Positions 25,575-37,078 of a stretch of DNA of 64,000 bases are shown one piece after another. This DNA is from Batkoa obscura (lineage: Eukaryota), in the NCBI GenBank assembly GCA_030770535.1, contig JASVEC010000013.1, positions 372,001 to 436,000 of the forward strand, given 5' to 3'. The notes under the pieces are model-generated. The model had not been told where the DNA came from. It did not search any database and saw only the letters and a program-made list of their open reading frames with translations. Numbering within the stretch: position 1 is the first letter of the stretch; each line of letters begins with the position of its first letter. A program made the translations under genes and the position numbers.

Positions 25575-26857
25575 CATTTTTATTTCATTCAATATGATGC
25601 TATACTTGGTTAATTCATATCTTGTTAAATTAATTATTACATAAATATATATTTAATAAAAAAAACTACTTAAAAAGTATTACTAAACGTTATTTACCAT
25701 TGCTACCATGCTACTGGGGTATCATCTGCTGTTACATTAACTAAGTTCATACTCCACAATTTTAATTTCAAAGGTATAGGCTATCTAGTTTTTATATTGG
25801 AGAACCTTTTTATGAAAATAACTAATATATAATTCAAGTTTTTTTTGGATAACATTTAATTTAGTAAATTTACTTGACAAGTTTACTCACAAAAGGTAAA
25901 TCCCAAAATGAGTTAAATTTTAAAGGGATTCAATATAATAGTATCCCTGATTTATTTATTACTAGACTGCACTTTAATTTAATTTGCTCATTTTTAGTCT
26001 ACTTATGAATATGTGTTAAAGATCTTTTCACATTTATTGTGATGTTATCTAAAATGTTCATTTATTTATATTATATAAATATTTGAATAAAGTCGAAAAT
26101 AAAAATAATATCATAATAATAATAGCTAATAAACAGTTAAATGTTGTATACTTCATAACGACAGCAACAAGGCAAAAAGCTATTTAATTAATTGTATGAT
26201 TGTTTTATCATAACAATATAATGGTAAGTTATAAATAAAAGTACCCAACGTAATGGTTATTTTAATTTATTAGTTAAAAGGTATATGATATAATGTTTAT
26301 AAAAGTAAACAGACTCTAAAATTTTAAGTATTTTTTAAAAGGTGTGTATAATAATTTATAGAATAGAGTTCTTCTATTTAGGTCTATGGAGAATATAATC
26401 GTAAAAAGTTCAAATAAAGGATGGATAATAAAAGTGCTATATTATTAATATATTTCAAATATTATTTAATCAACGACAATGTGCTATACCTACCATGTGT
26501 TGTCAATGTAAATTAGGTTACAAATGAGGCTAACCATTGAGCTTAACTTGAGGTATCCATTGTAAAAACCAAATCAACATTTATATACAAGTATGTATTA
26601 TAATCAAGGAGTATAAATAGTGGTGCTTTATCATTCAATTGACTTAAACTACCTTAGATACAAATTACTTATAAACGAAATGCAAGTTACTTTACTCATC
26701 GCTTACACTGTTTACATCTTGTCTGCAATCACTTCAGTTCCAGTAAATAATCAACCAGCTGCTAACAAATCCTATGGCTTTGAAACTCGTGGTCACTGGC
26801 CTTAAACATTAAACTAGACCTTAGACAACTACTAGAGAAATATTACTTAGAAATAAA
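25575..26857 (+). repeat. 1283-bp inverted duplicate of 17415-18697
   Basis: Apparent identity; weaker similarity continues ~190 bp further upstream. Confidence 0.9.
26680..26805 (+). CDS. Secreted HWP-peptide precursor copy 2 (identical to copy 1)
   Basis: ATG at 26680, TATAAATA at ~26612, AATAAA at ~26852. Confidence 0.85.
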   Translation: MQVTLLIAYTVYILSAITSVPVNNQPAANKSYGFETRGHWP

Positions 26858-27282
26858 CATGACGATATAGAAATAATACTATTTTGAATATCTTTAAATA
26901 ACAATTTCTATTTATTATAAATCATAAAATTAAAAAGATTATTATTTTATTAACAACAGGGTATGTAAATATATAGATATATTATTTTGTTCATTCTTTA
27001 TGCATAGTAAAATTGAATAAAATTGTATCAGACCTTAAACATATTTCTACATCAAAAATAATATTGAATTTGCTTTATCCTAATACAACTTGATGTGTTA
27101 ATGAATATGTTTAAGGTTTTGGTCATATAAAACTTTAATGTGCTAAAACAAATAAAATATTTATAAGTTTAAAATTCTAATAAATCCATCTTTACTAATA
27201 CTAATTTATTATTTATTATTTTACCACTTCACTGAAATATCTCTGCGCTTTGACTTCTATATCTTTAAACAGAATTCCATAT

Positions 27283-27381
27283 GGGGGTGTTTTTTTTGGG
27301 TTCATCACTTTTTCTATCTTTTAAGCGCTGTTTGAGCGGAAAAATTGTTAATAAAATTCTTAAGCATAGAAATACATCCTC
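27283..27381 (+). mobile_element. ~99-bp MITE (family A)
   Basis: GGGGG terminus; ATAT both sides. Confidence 0.85.
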
Positions 27382-28808
27382 ATATTCTATTGTAATAATT
27401 AATATTTCGTATCTCATAAAAACTCAAGGTTTAGAAAATTACACCATTGTTGCATCTAGAATATCATAGACTTACACCTCAACTCGTGGCTCATTAATTA
27501 TATTAATAGGATAAAATAGTGAACAATAAAGGAGTATTAAACATTGAATTAACTTGAATAGGACTAAACCGATTACATTTTTAAATAAGTCAAAGTTATA
27601 TACATGGGACTAAACCTTATTAGATATTTTATATTAAGGGGAATTTATGATTAATTTATTCTTTAACGGTCATTTCTTGCTTTAACTGTATGAAACTAAG
27701 CCTGGCTAACCCAAGTAACTTGTTCAATACCTTTTATTATTATACTTTTTCTAAAGCTAAATAAAGAATCCCAATAAGCGTTGGGTATTATTATCACTTT
27801 GTTGCTGAGGTATCATTTGTATTTTATTGATTAAAATTATTATTGTAATCAAAGTCTTATACCTTGCGCTTTTAGCTCTAATGATACAAATAATTCATTT
27901 TAAATATCGGTAATTTTTTTAAAAAAATATCAAATAGATTATACTAGTTTTTTATGGATAACCTATTAAATTTAGTAATTTGTACTCCAATTTTAAGTAC
28001 AAGAGCTAAATTCTAAAATCAGTTAAATTTCAAAGGGATTTAATTTTATAGTAAACTCAACTTTTTGTTGGACTGTAGTACTTTAATTATATTTGATATA
28101 TTTATGAATATTTCTAAAGAAACACACACTAAGAGTTTCTTTAACTTCAATGTCTGTACTTTTTTCTAATTTCGTTATCACTTGAGCTGAAAGTTAAATA
28201 ACTGTAAAATAGATAATGATGTCAAGATAATAATAATTAATACGAGATTAAATAACATATAATCAATAATTCAAAGCAACAAGTTACTAATAGTTAAATA
28301 TTTTATGATGTCAAATTGCAATGAAAATAGTTTTATATAATAATAACATGAAGATGAGTAATAAATACAAAGTGGCCCAAAACGGCTATTAGTTTCTTCC
28401 TATAGGTCAACGCATATGAGATAGGTATTTATAGAGTTGAAAAAACCTAGATTTTAAATATATTTATTAGAAGGGTGTATAAAAATATGAAAAATCTAGT
28501 TTTTTTATTCAAATTATAAAATATAAACGTAAAGTTTTTAAATTAAGGATAACTAACAAGAATGATACATTACAAATGTAAATCAAGTATGTATTTGGTC
28601 AACCGTAATGGGCTATATACCACGAGCTATTGATATAAATCAAGTCATAAACGAATCAATCTATAAAGTTTAATTCGAATTGCCACCGGTAGTAACACAT
28701 CTAATATTTTTAATATAGTTCCGTGATTTACCAAAAAATATAAATAGTAGTATTTCTACCATTCTTATAAAATTTAATTACGTTAGATACTTCTCAATCA
28801 TAAATAAA

Positions 28809-28934
28809 ATGCAAGTTAGTTTACTCATCGCTTACACTGTTTACATCTTGTCTGCAATCACTTCAGTTCCAGTAAATAACCAACCAGCTGCTGAAAAATT
28901 CTTTAATAGTGGAACTCATCGTCACTGGCCTTAA
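28809..28934 (+). CDS. Secreted HWP-peptide precursor copy 3 (MQVSLLIAYTVYILSAITSVPVNNQPAAEKFFNSGTHRHWP)
   Basis: Manual translation; TATAAATAG ~70 bp upstream; AATAAA downstream; not in the ORF track. Confidence 0.85.
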   Translation: MQVSLLIAYTVYILSAITSVPVNNQPAAEKFFNSGTHRHWP

Positions 28935-29349
28935 ATTCTGAACCAAACATTAGATTATTATTAGAACTGCACTTATTCATAAATAAACTAAATAATTTGT
29001 ACTTTTTATATATAATGATTATAATATGCTATTAATTGTAATAAATAAAAATCTCTTATTTTTTATGAAACAAAATCCAAAAATATTTCTAGTAAATTAT
29101 TGAGGTAAAAAAACATTCTAAATAATGAAAATATATTTTTCAAATATAAGGCAGTGATTTATTCAAAGAAAAAGTTAAAAGAAAGATCGAGAAATAGCCC
29201 AAGCTTTTGACCTCTGGGGTAAGGAAGTATGGCCTTCGTATTGTTACCAGTTTAGAATGAGGGGATGAGCGTAGGGGCATGTTTTCCTCTGCAAAGAACC
29301 AAGGCCTTTCATTCCTGATGAAAATATTAAGTTCATCTTTTCTCTATTT

Positions 29350-29448
29350 GGGGATGTTTTTTTTGGTTTCATCACTTTTTCCATTTTTTAAGGGCTATTT
29401 GAGCGGAAAGATTGTTAGCAAAATTCTTAAACACAAAAATACATCCCC
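29350..29448 (+). mobile_element. ~99-bp MITE (family A) with ATTT duplication
   Basis: ATTT on both sides, supporting a true 4-bp target-site duplication. Confidence 0.9.
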
Positions 29449-29616
29449 ATTTATTAGTATGCTATGATACAAGCAACTGTCTTACAAAACTTTAATAGTT
29501 GGGCAACCGCAAAATTAACTTTCCAATCCATTTATAGTCAAAGTCTAGGGCTTTATAAACAAATATTCCTACTTGAATATCTTCAACAATGAGTTACTAT
29601 TTTAGCTCTACTATAT

Positions 29617-30552
29617 GGGGGTGTCCGAATTAGTCATTTTTTTATCCAATTTTTAAATTATTTTGTTATAATTTATATTGTAGGTTAGCGGGATTTCTAT
29701 CAAATTTAATATAAATTCCTGAATTAGCAAGGCTTTTACCAATATAGCCTATATAGTGATGTTAATCAAAGTTGTAATATGTAAATAAATATATATATTT
29801 ATAAAACTTTATTAAGAAATATTTATTATTAACTGTTTTATAACCAATATTGGAAATTTGCTATTAAACAAATAAATAATTTTAATTTTAATGTTATGAT
29901 TATATTGTTAATATATCGCCAAGTTAATAAATAGCTGCATAAAAGGGAGTAATCAACCCTAAACTATAATTAGCCATCTTCATATAATGTAAGCAATGTA
30001 GTAATAGTTTTTATTTATTATTACAGCTACTTGTTCTTTGACTATTTATTAACTTAGCTATCAATAATTTAAGTAATATCAACATTTAATAATTGATTTC
30101 TATCGTTTAGTAAGCTACTTACTTGCTTACTAAATATTGAAACTTTTAAATTTTCTGTTATTTTTGTAAGATAAGCTGGAGTTGATCTTTTAATTTTTCT
30201 ATTCTCTATAGACTCTATAACTTTAATTGGAATTATATCACTTTTTTTTGATCTATCAGATACTGGATAACAGTGTAGTTTATTATCACGTTTAATAAAA
30301 TGTAAATACTTTCTAATGCCTTGTATTTTTATTATTATTTTTGTATCTTTGTTTCTTTCATACTTTTTAAAAATTATATCTGTTTTCCCATTATTGACAG
30401 TTGAGTTATTAATTATATTATGTTTACGAATAAAAAGCTCAACTTTTGAAATTAATCGATTAATATTTTTTATTTTACCCAATGCTTTGAAATTATTTTT
30501 CTAGTATAAAAGATTTCCAAAATGACCATCAATTATACTTTTTCCATGATGC
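29617..30552 (-). mobile_element. 5'-truncated Sola-like transposon (3' TIR plus transposase C-terminus)
   Basis: TIR at 29617; ORF 30069-30482 matches the transposase C-terminus; in-frame stop upstream; ends at the LTR-like element. Confidence 0.85.
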
Positions 30553-31011
30553 TGTGATTGTTGGTACTCAGTGGTAGGAGTTAAAAGCAGTTATTGCTTG
30601 ATTAATTTGCCTTGAGTCGAAAGGCCTTAGTTTATATAACTAAGATAGACTTAAATGAGTAAGAATGATATGTAATAAGTTACGAACTATGTAAAATAAA
30701 TAGAATAGACAATACTACTGTAAAATCTACCTAAGATGTTGTCAGAAAGGCTTAGTGACTTTATTAATGGTACGATATCAGGGAGTAACTCAGTTAAAAA
30801 GCCTCGAGTTATCATGTTGAAGAATCTCTTTTATATTCTTTGCAATATGAAGTTAGAAATTCTCACAGCAAATCAAAACAAGAAACTTTGGATTGATTAT
30901 ACCACATTATTCACGGTCAAATTGATTACAAGACTACCACTAGCTTTGTAACCAAGTTCAATGATTGTTATGTTATAATTAATCCGAGAGCTGATAAACC
31001 AATATTTCACA
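30553..31011 (+). mobile_element. Free solo-LTR-like element
   Basis: TGTGA...TTTCACA, 459 bp, homologous to 59629-60096; no clear TSD. Confidence 0.6.
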
Positions 31012-31032
31012 TAGCATTTTTAATATCAATAT

Positions 31033-31130
31033 GGGGGTGTTTTTTTGGCTTCATTACTTTTTCTATCTTTTTAGCGCTATTTGAGCGAAAAAATTGTTAG
31101 TAAAATCCTTAAACGCAAAAATATATCCCC
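31033..31130 (+). mobile_element. 98-bp MITE (family A) abutting transposon copy 2
   Basis: Shares ATAT 31131-31134 with the transposon. Confidence 0.9.
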
Positions 31131-31134
31131 ATAT

Positions 31135-34003
31135 GGGGGTGTCCGAATTGGTTTCATTTTTTTATCCAATTTTTAAATATTTATATTTTAAAAACTTTGC
31201 TTAAAATTCTATAAAAATAAATTCTTTATTAAAAGCCAAAAGTACCCGACACAGTTTTAAATTATTTTGTTATAATTTATATTGTCAATTAGCGGAATTT
31301 TTATTAAATTTAATATAAATTCCTGGATTAGTAAAGATTTTACTAATATAGCCTGTATAGTGATATTAGTCAAAGTTGTAATATGTAAATAAATATATGC
31401 TTTTATATAGCTTTATTAAGAAATATTTATTATTAATTGTTTTATATTCAACACTACAGATTTGCTATCAAATGAATAAATTATTTTAATGTTATAATTA
31501 CATTATTAATATATCGCTAAGTTAATAAATAGCTGCATGGGAGGGAGTGGTTAGCCCCAAAACTATAATTAACCATCCCTATGTAATACAAGCAGTGTAT
31601 TAATAGTTTTTACTTATTATTACAACTACTTGCTCTTTGACTATTTATTAACTTAGCTATCAATAATCTAAGTAATATCAACATTTAATAATTGATTTCT
31701 ATCATCTAATAAGCTACTTACTTGCTTACTAAATATTGAAACTTTTAAATTCTCAGTTATTTTTGTAAGATAAGCTGGGGTTGACCTTTTAATTTTTCTA
31801 TCCTCTATAGACTCTATAACTTTAATTGAAATTATGTCGCTTTTTTTTGATCTATCAGATACTGGATAACAGTATAGTTTTTTACCACGTTTAATAAAAT
31901 GTAAATACTTTTTAATACCTTTTATTTTTATTATTTTTTTTGTATCTTTGTTTCTTTCATACTTTTTAAAAATTATATTTGTTTTCCCATTATTGACAGT
32001 TGAGTTATTAAATCTATTATTTTCACAAACAAAAATCTCAAATTTTGAAATTAATTGATCAATATCTTCTATTTTACCTAATGCTTCAAGACTATTTTTC
32101 CACTGTGAAAGATTTCCAAAATGCCCGTCAACTATACTTTTTCCATGATGCTCAGCAAAAAAATTAAGATCAATATTTAAACTACTATTTATTTTATGAC
32201 TTTCTTCAAATACATAATGTAAAAACTCTTGAGATTTAAAATGATATCCTGTATCTACCCATATATTAATTTTTGTAAACTTTTTAAACAAAGGCTCTTT
32301 AGATATTAAATCAATCAAACAATCTCCTGCATATGCTGAATCATGATTTAATATTTCAGATAAATAATCAAAATAAACTTTGCCTATTGTTTTATCGTTT
32401 TTTAAATACAAAACGCCAAACCCTAATACTGATATAGCTTGTTTGTTATAATGATCTAAGTTTATTGGATCTGGTCTCGTTCCTATTTCCATATTTTGTT
32501 TAAAGTCTAAAATTATTATACAACTTCTATTATTTAATTTTTCAATAGTTTCATTAAGTATGTTTTTTTGAGTATCAACACAAAATTCATGTAATTTATA
32601 TAACCTTTTTTCTTTATTAAAAGATTCCTGTATCTCTGCTTTATTTTCTGTCGCTGTATTTATTTTATTTTCAAATAACTTTTTTCTAACTGTATACTGG
32701 GCACATATATTACATAAATCTGTTTTTCTTGCTGGATTTTTAAAATTATTTGGTATATATTTGAAAAATGTTGACCTAGCTACTGCTTTATCTTTTAAAT
32801 CATTAAAATACTTACTGTATATCATTCTTCTACTTTTGTTTAATATATATATATTCTCTGACGAATATTTATCATTACTTTTTTTACTAAATCTTGATGA
32901 AATAGTTGAATTATCAAGTAAATATTGTATAATAATCTCGATTTGCTCATCTTTAATTTTTTTTGTATTTTTGATAGTAGGTCGTAATGTTGGTATTTTA
33001 TTATTATTAATTATTTTTGAATAATCATATTGATTTTTACTTATATTAAATCCAAAACTTTTACATTCATCAAAAGAATATACTGAAGCTATAGTCGATA
33101 ATAATGCTACTTGTTGGTTTTTATTTCCTGTTTCCCTTAAAACACTAATTTTATACATTGCTTGATTAAGTTTGTTATTATTAATAGTAAAATTTAATAA
33201 TATTTCTTTTCTTTTTTTTGTTTTATTATAAAATTCCATAAACTTTGGGCAATTGTGAATAGTTGCTAAAATTGATGTAAATGAATTACAATGTTTATAT
33301 AATGTGCTTCTCCCTACCGTATTAAAGTTTTTAGAAATTCCATTTCGAAGTTTAGTTATAAAAGCTTGCATTTTGTTTTTATTTTAACAAAAAACAAAGT
33401 CAAATAACTATATAATTATATATTATATAGCTATTGAATATTTAATAAAAAATACAAAACACTGTGAAATATCGTTTCATCATCTCTGTGATTGATTATC
33501 GCATAATAATCACTTAACTTGTTTACAAAACTAGTTGAGTATAAAATAGATTCTTCAACATAATAGCTCAAGGCTTTTTAATTAAATTGTTCCCTAATAT
33601 TTTACTTTTAATAAAGCCACTAAATCTTTCTGATAATATCTTATGTAGATTTTATAGTAATATCCTGTATTCTATTTATTTTACATAGCTCGTAGCTTAT
33701 TGCGTATTACTCCTATTGATTTAAGTCTATCTTAGCTACATAAACTAAGGCCTTTTGACTTACGGCCAGTTAACTAAGCTAGAGCTGCTTTCAACTCCAA
33801 TTGCTGAGTACTAACTTTCACAAACATATAATCAAAAAAATAAAATAAAATAAAATAAATAAAATAAGTCTTTAAGTTAAATTTTTATATTTAATTTTAA
33901 GCTTTTTAAATTTAGCTAATCATACATTAAAGACTTACAAATTTAAAAACTTAAAATTTGGATTAATTTCTAGTTAAATTCTGAAACCAATTCGGACACC
34001 CCC
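31135..34003 (-). mobile_element. Full-length Sola-like DNA transposon, copy 2 (2869 bp)
   Basis: Perfect TIRs GGGGGTGTCCGAATTGGTTTCA, ATAT both sides; internal LTR-like insert 33463-33822. Confidence 0.9.
31668..33371 (-). CDS. Transposase (Sola-like)
   Basis: 567 aa, nearly identical to 57348-59051. Confidence 0.88.
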   Translation of the reverse strand: MQAFITKLRNGISKNFNTVGRSTLYKHCNSFTSILATIHNCPKFMEFYNKTKKRKEILLNFTINNNKLNQAMYKISVLRETGNKNQQVALLSTIASVYSFDECKSFGFNISKNQYDYSKIINNNKIPTLRPTIKNTKKIKDEQIEIIIQYLLDNSTISSRFSKKSNDKYSSENIYILNKSRRMIYSKYFNDLKDKAVARSTFFKYIPNNFKNPARKTDLCNICAQYTVRKKLFENKINTATENKAEIQESFNKEKRLYKLHEFCVDTQKNILNETIEKLNNRSCIIILDFKQNMEIGTRPDPINLDHYNKQAISVLGFGVLYLKNDKTIGKVYFDYLSEILNHDSAYAGDCLIDLISKEPLFKKFTKINIWVDTGYHFKSQEFLHYVFEESHKINSSLNIDLNFFAEHHGKSIVDGHFGNLSQWKNSLEALGKIEDIDQLISKFEIFVCENNRFNNSTVNNGKTNIIFKKYERNKDTKKIIKIKGIKKYLHFIKRGKKLYCYPVSDRSKKSDIISIKVIESIEDRKIKRSTPAYLTKITENLKVSIFSKQVSSLLDDRNQLLNVDIT

Positions 34004-34449
34004 ATATGTTTAAAGACTTACTAGGAGCTTAAAATTATATTTAACAATACTAATATGATGCGAGTTCTTAAAACCTTTTGGCATAAGAATTCTATATTAC
34101 TTTTTAAATTTTATTTAATAATTAATTTTGGAATAAGTACTTATTAGAATTCTTTTCAAAAAGCGCAATTTAATATACAAATTTATCTGAAAAATTTTTT
34201 TATTTGAAATTTAACTAATGGTTTATTTGAGTTTTATACCATAAAAAAAGGGACAAAACAAAAAAAGCGTTCACATATTTTATAAAATAACTGATAGCTT
34301 CAAAACAATAATAAATTTATTAAAAGCAAAAAATAAAGAAACAGAACCAAGATATTTAGGTCATAGCTACATCTATGGGTCTATCAAAATCTCATTTAAA
34401 AGTGCTTTTGACAGCATAAAATTATAGTATTCTAACTATTTTTATAATC

Positions 34450-35866
34450 AACGCTATCTAGAATTTTCGTAGTGCTACTTCAATTTCATGAGAATGTTTA
34501 AATAAATCTGAATCATTTATATTTTTAACACCAAACGATGGGTCCTCTAGTTTAATAAAATAGGCTGGATTATGATAGTTGAGACTCTCTTCTTTTTTAA
34601 TTTATATTTATAGAATATAAATAGCACGGCTGCTATCATTAATATAAATCCACTTAGTCCTCCTATGGCACCATCTATTAGTGCTTTATCGTTGCTATCA
34701 CTTACATTTGCAGCGTCTTCTATGTTCTTATCGTTCTTATCATTGTTAGTACCAATGTCAATATTTGTGTTAATTTATTGTGTTAGTGGTATGCCTTTAC
34801 TTCATCCCGTTTATCACTATCCAGTAATTGGGTTCCATCTGGACTTTCTATATTAAATTTATATTCAGGATAAATGGAATTAATAGTTCTCTTGCCAAAA
34901 GAGTTAATTGTGCATTTATTATAGTTAGAAAAACAATCCCAATATCTAAAATTAAAATTTTTCTTTATAATAGTGATATTAAATGTCTTTATATTTAATT
35001 ATAGAACATCTCCAGATATGTTATGGTTCTCCATATTTCCATTACACGTCATAAAGTATACCAATTGACCCAATTTTAGGATAGTTTCATAAGTTGATAC
35101 ATTCAGACTACTTTTATTTAAACTGTAGGTTTTGGCTTTGTTTGTTTTTAAATTAAACTCACAATATACTATAATCAGCGCCATGCTTAGTTTTTTCTAC
35201 TTTATTTTCAAAGTAATAGATTCTATTATTTGAAATAAATGGATCTGTATATAACCTATCCCTTGAATTTCCTATGATGACTTATAAATTACTTGTATTA
35301 ATATTAAATAATAATAATGGAAATGATAATGTACTCTGTAGTTTATAATTTTATAGATATGGCATTATACAAAACCGCTTTTAATTACTATTACTTTGCA
35401 AAATCTTATAATGTAGCTTACGACTCGTTGTGTTCTTATCTTTATAATCAATGTTATGAATTAAGTTTTCGATTATTTGTTCTTTTACCGTTGATTTTTC
35501 TGAATGTTATAATAGCAACAACTTAGTCTATGATTTATACTGCTATAAAAACTTATTATAGATTTACTATCTTTAATTTTGATATAAAAAGTAGATGAAG
35601 GTAATACATCCTCTGATTAATTTATAGTATCATTCCTTTCCCATGAGATTATATTGACACTTGATTTAAAACCTTTCTTTAAATCTAATTTAAATACTTC
35701 TTTGTTGGAAAGTTCATTTTTATCTATTGAACTTTTGCTATCAATAATACCACCTAAATAATACAATACATCATCAATTACTATGTATCCACCATCACGA
35801 GCTCGTGGTAAGATTTTGTTAACCTTATAGAATAACAAGAAAATAAAAAAATAAGTGAACTATCAT
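34450..35866 (-). pseudogene. Degenerate kelch-TM paralog
   Basis: PRARDGGYIVIDDVLYYLGG at the 5' end, TM remnant and DLFKHSHEI motif at the 3' end; many frameshifts; boundaries approximate. Confidence 0.75.
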
Positions 35867-36689
35867 AGTTAATAAATATGAAAAGTAAAATTGTGATTGA
35901 TTTTAATATTCATGTTATTTTTTTGAATTGCATTAAGTTGATTTACTGGCTACTTCTATTGAATTAATTTATCACTTATTTATTAATATCTATTATGTAA
36001 CATATTCCCAAGTGTAATCCTTATAACCAATTTTTTTATGTAAGAAAGTGGGAGCTTCAAATAGCTTATTTCTAAAAATAAAAAATAAAAAGTAAAAATT
36101 TTAAATAGTTAGCTTAAAGGATGCATATATCAACAGATATGCCCTACAAAGGTTGAGATTGGAATCAATACATTTGTGTATTTTTCGAAAAAGGAAAACA
36201 GTGAAGTGAGATCTGTTTTGCTTTTGTCTTTCAGAGTGATATTCATTGGCATAATAAAGGATAGGAATTAAAAAAGATGAGTTATCAATTCAAGATGTCA
36301 TATTTGATGGCTTTAGAGTTCTCATAAAGGGTTCGCAGATCAATAGCAATAATGGGTTCTCCAAATTTATTATTTCATCAATCAAATCAAGAAACTTTCT
36401 GGGCAAGTGCCATAAAAATTTAATATGTATTTAATGGTCTACCTACCACTTTAAAAGAAAAGGCTCAAAGGAGTAATAAAGCATCGGAAATAGAAATAAA
36501 TTAAATAATAATAATAATACCAGCAAAATGAGCAATACAGTGTGTTTGATTCAGTCCTTGTAATATATATTCTTCATAGGATTGATAGTTCATTATAAAA
36601 GCAAGATGAAAAAAATTACCCAACCAATCTAATCATTGTCTGCATGTTGTAAAAACATCAAACAAATTTAAAAAAATACAATCCCATAT

Positions 36690-36788
36690 GGGGGTGTTTT
36701 TCTTGGCTTCATTATTTTTTCCATCTTTTAAGCGCTATTTCAGCGGAAAGATTGTTAGTAAAATTCTTAAACAAAAAAATACTTCCCC
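36690..36788 (+). mobile_element. 99-bp MITE (family A)
   Basis: GGGGG...CCCC, ATAT both sides. Confidence 0.9.
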
Positions 36789-36952
36789 ATATTAAATATT
36801 ATAATTTTTTCTTAATAAAACAACAAGCTTTTATACTATCACTAATAAGAGATAGGAGCTAGAATAAAAACATGTTTTAAAAAAATCAATGTATTGTTTA
36901 ATTATTTATGGAGAAATAACTTTTAATAATAGTTTGATGTTTAATCTAAAAT

Positions 36953-37078
36953 CTAAGGCCAATGAGGGTGAGTTCCAAGATGAGAGGCATTATGAGCAGC
37001 TGGTTGGTTATCAACTGGAACTGAAGTAATTGCGGACATGATGCAAATAGTACAAGTAATAATAAAAGTAAGTTGCAT
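36953..37078 (-). CDS. Secreted HWP-peptide precursor copy 4 (MQLTFIITCTICIMSAITSVPVDNQPAAHNASHLGTHPHWP)
   Basis: Manual translation of the minus strand; TATAAATA upstream (~37139-37146); AATAAA-like signal downstream; not in the ORF track. Confidence 0.85.
   Translation of the reverse strand: MQLTFIITCTICIMSAITSVPVDNQPAAHNASHLGTHPHWP

Noticed and set aside
26620..26679. N-terminal extension of the 61-aa ORFs (also 17593-17652)
   Set aside because: GTG start immediately next to the TATA box, not conserved in the other five paralogs; the true start is the MQ ATG
27281..27469. Similar short ORFs at 27281, 29279 and 53786
   Set aside because: The similarity comes from translation through the 98-bp MITE, not a gene family
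30736..30951. Similar short ORFs at 30736 and 59812
   Set aside because: They lie within the solo-LTR-like element and their frames diverge between copies
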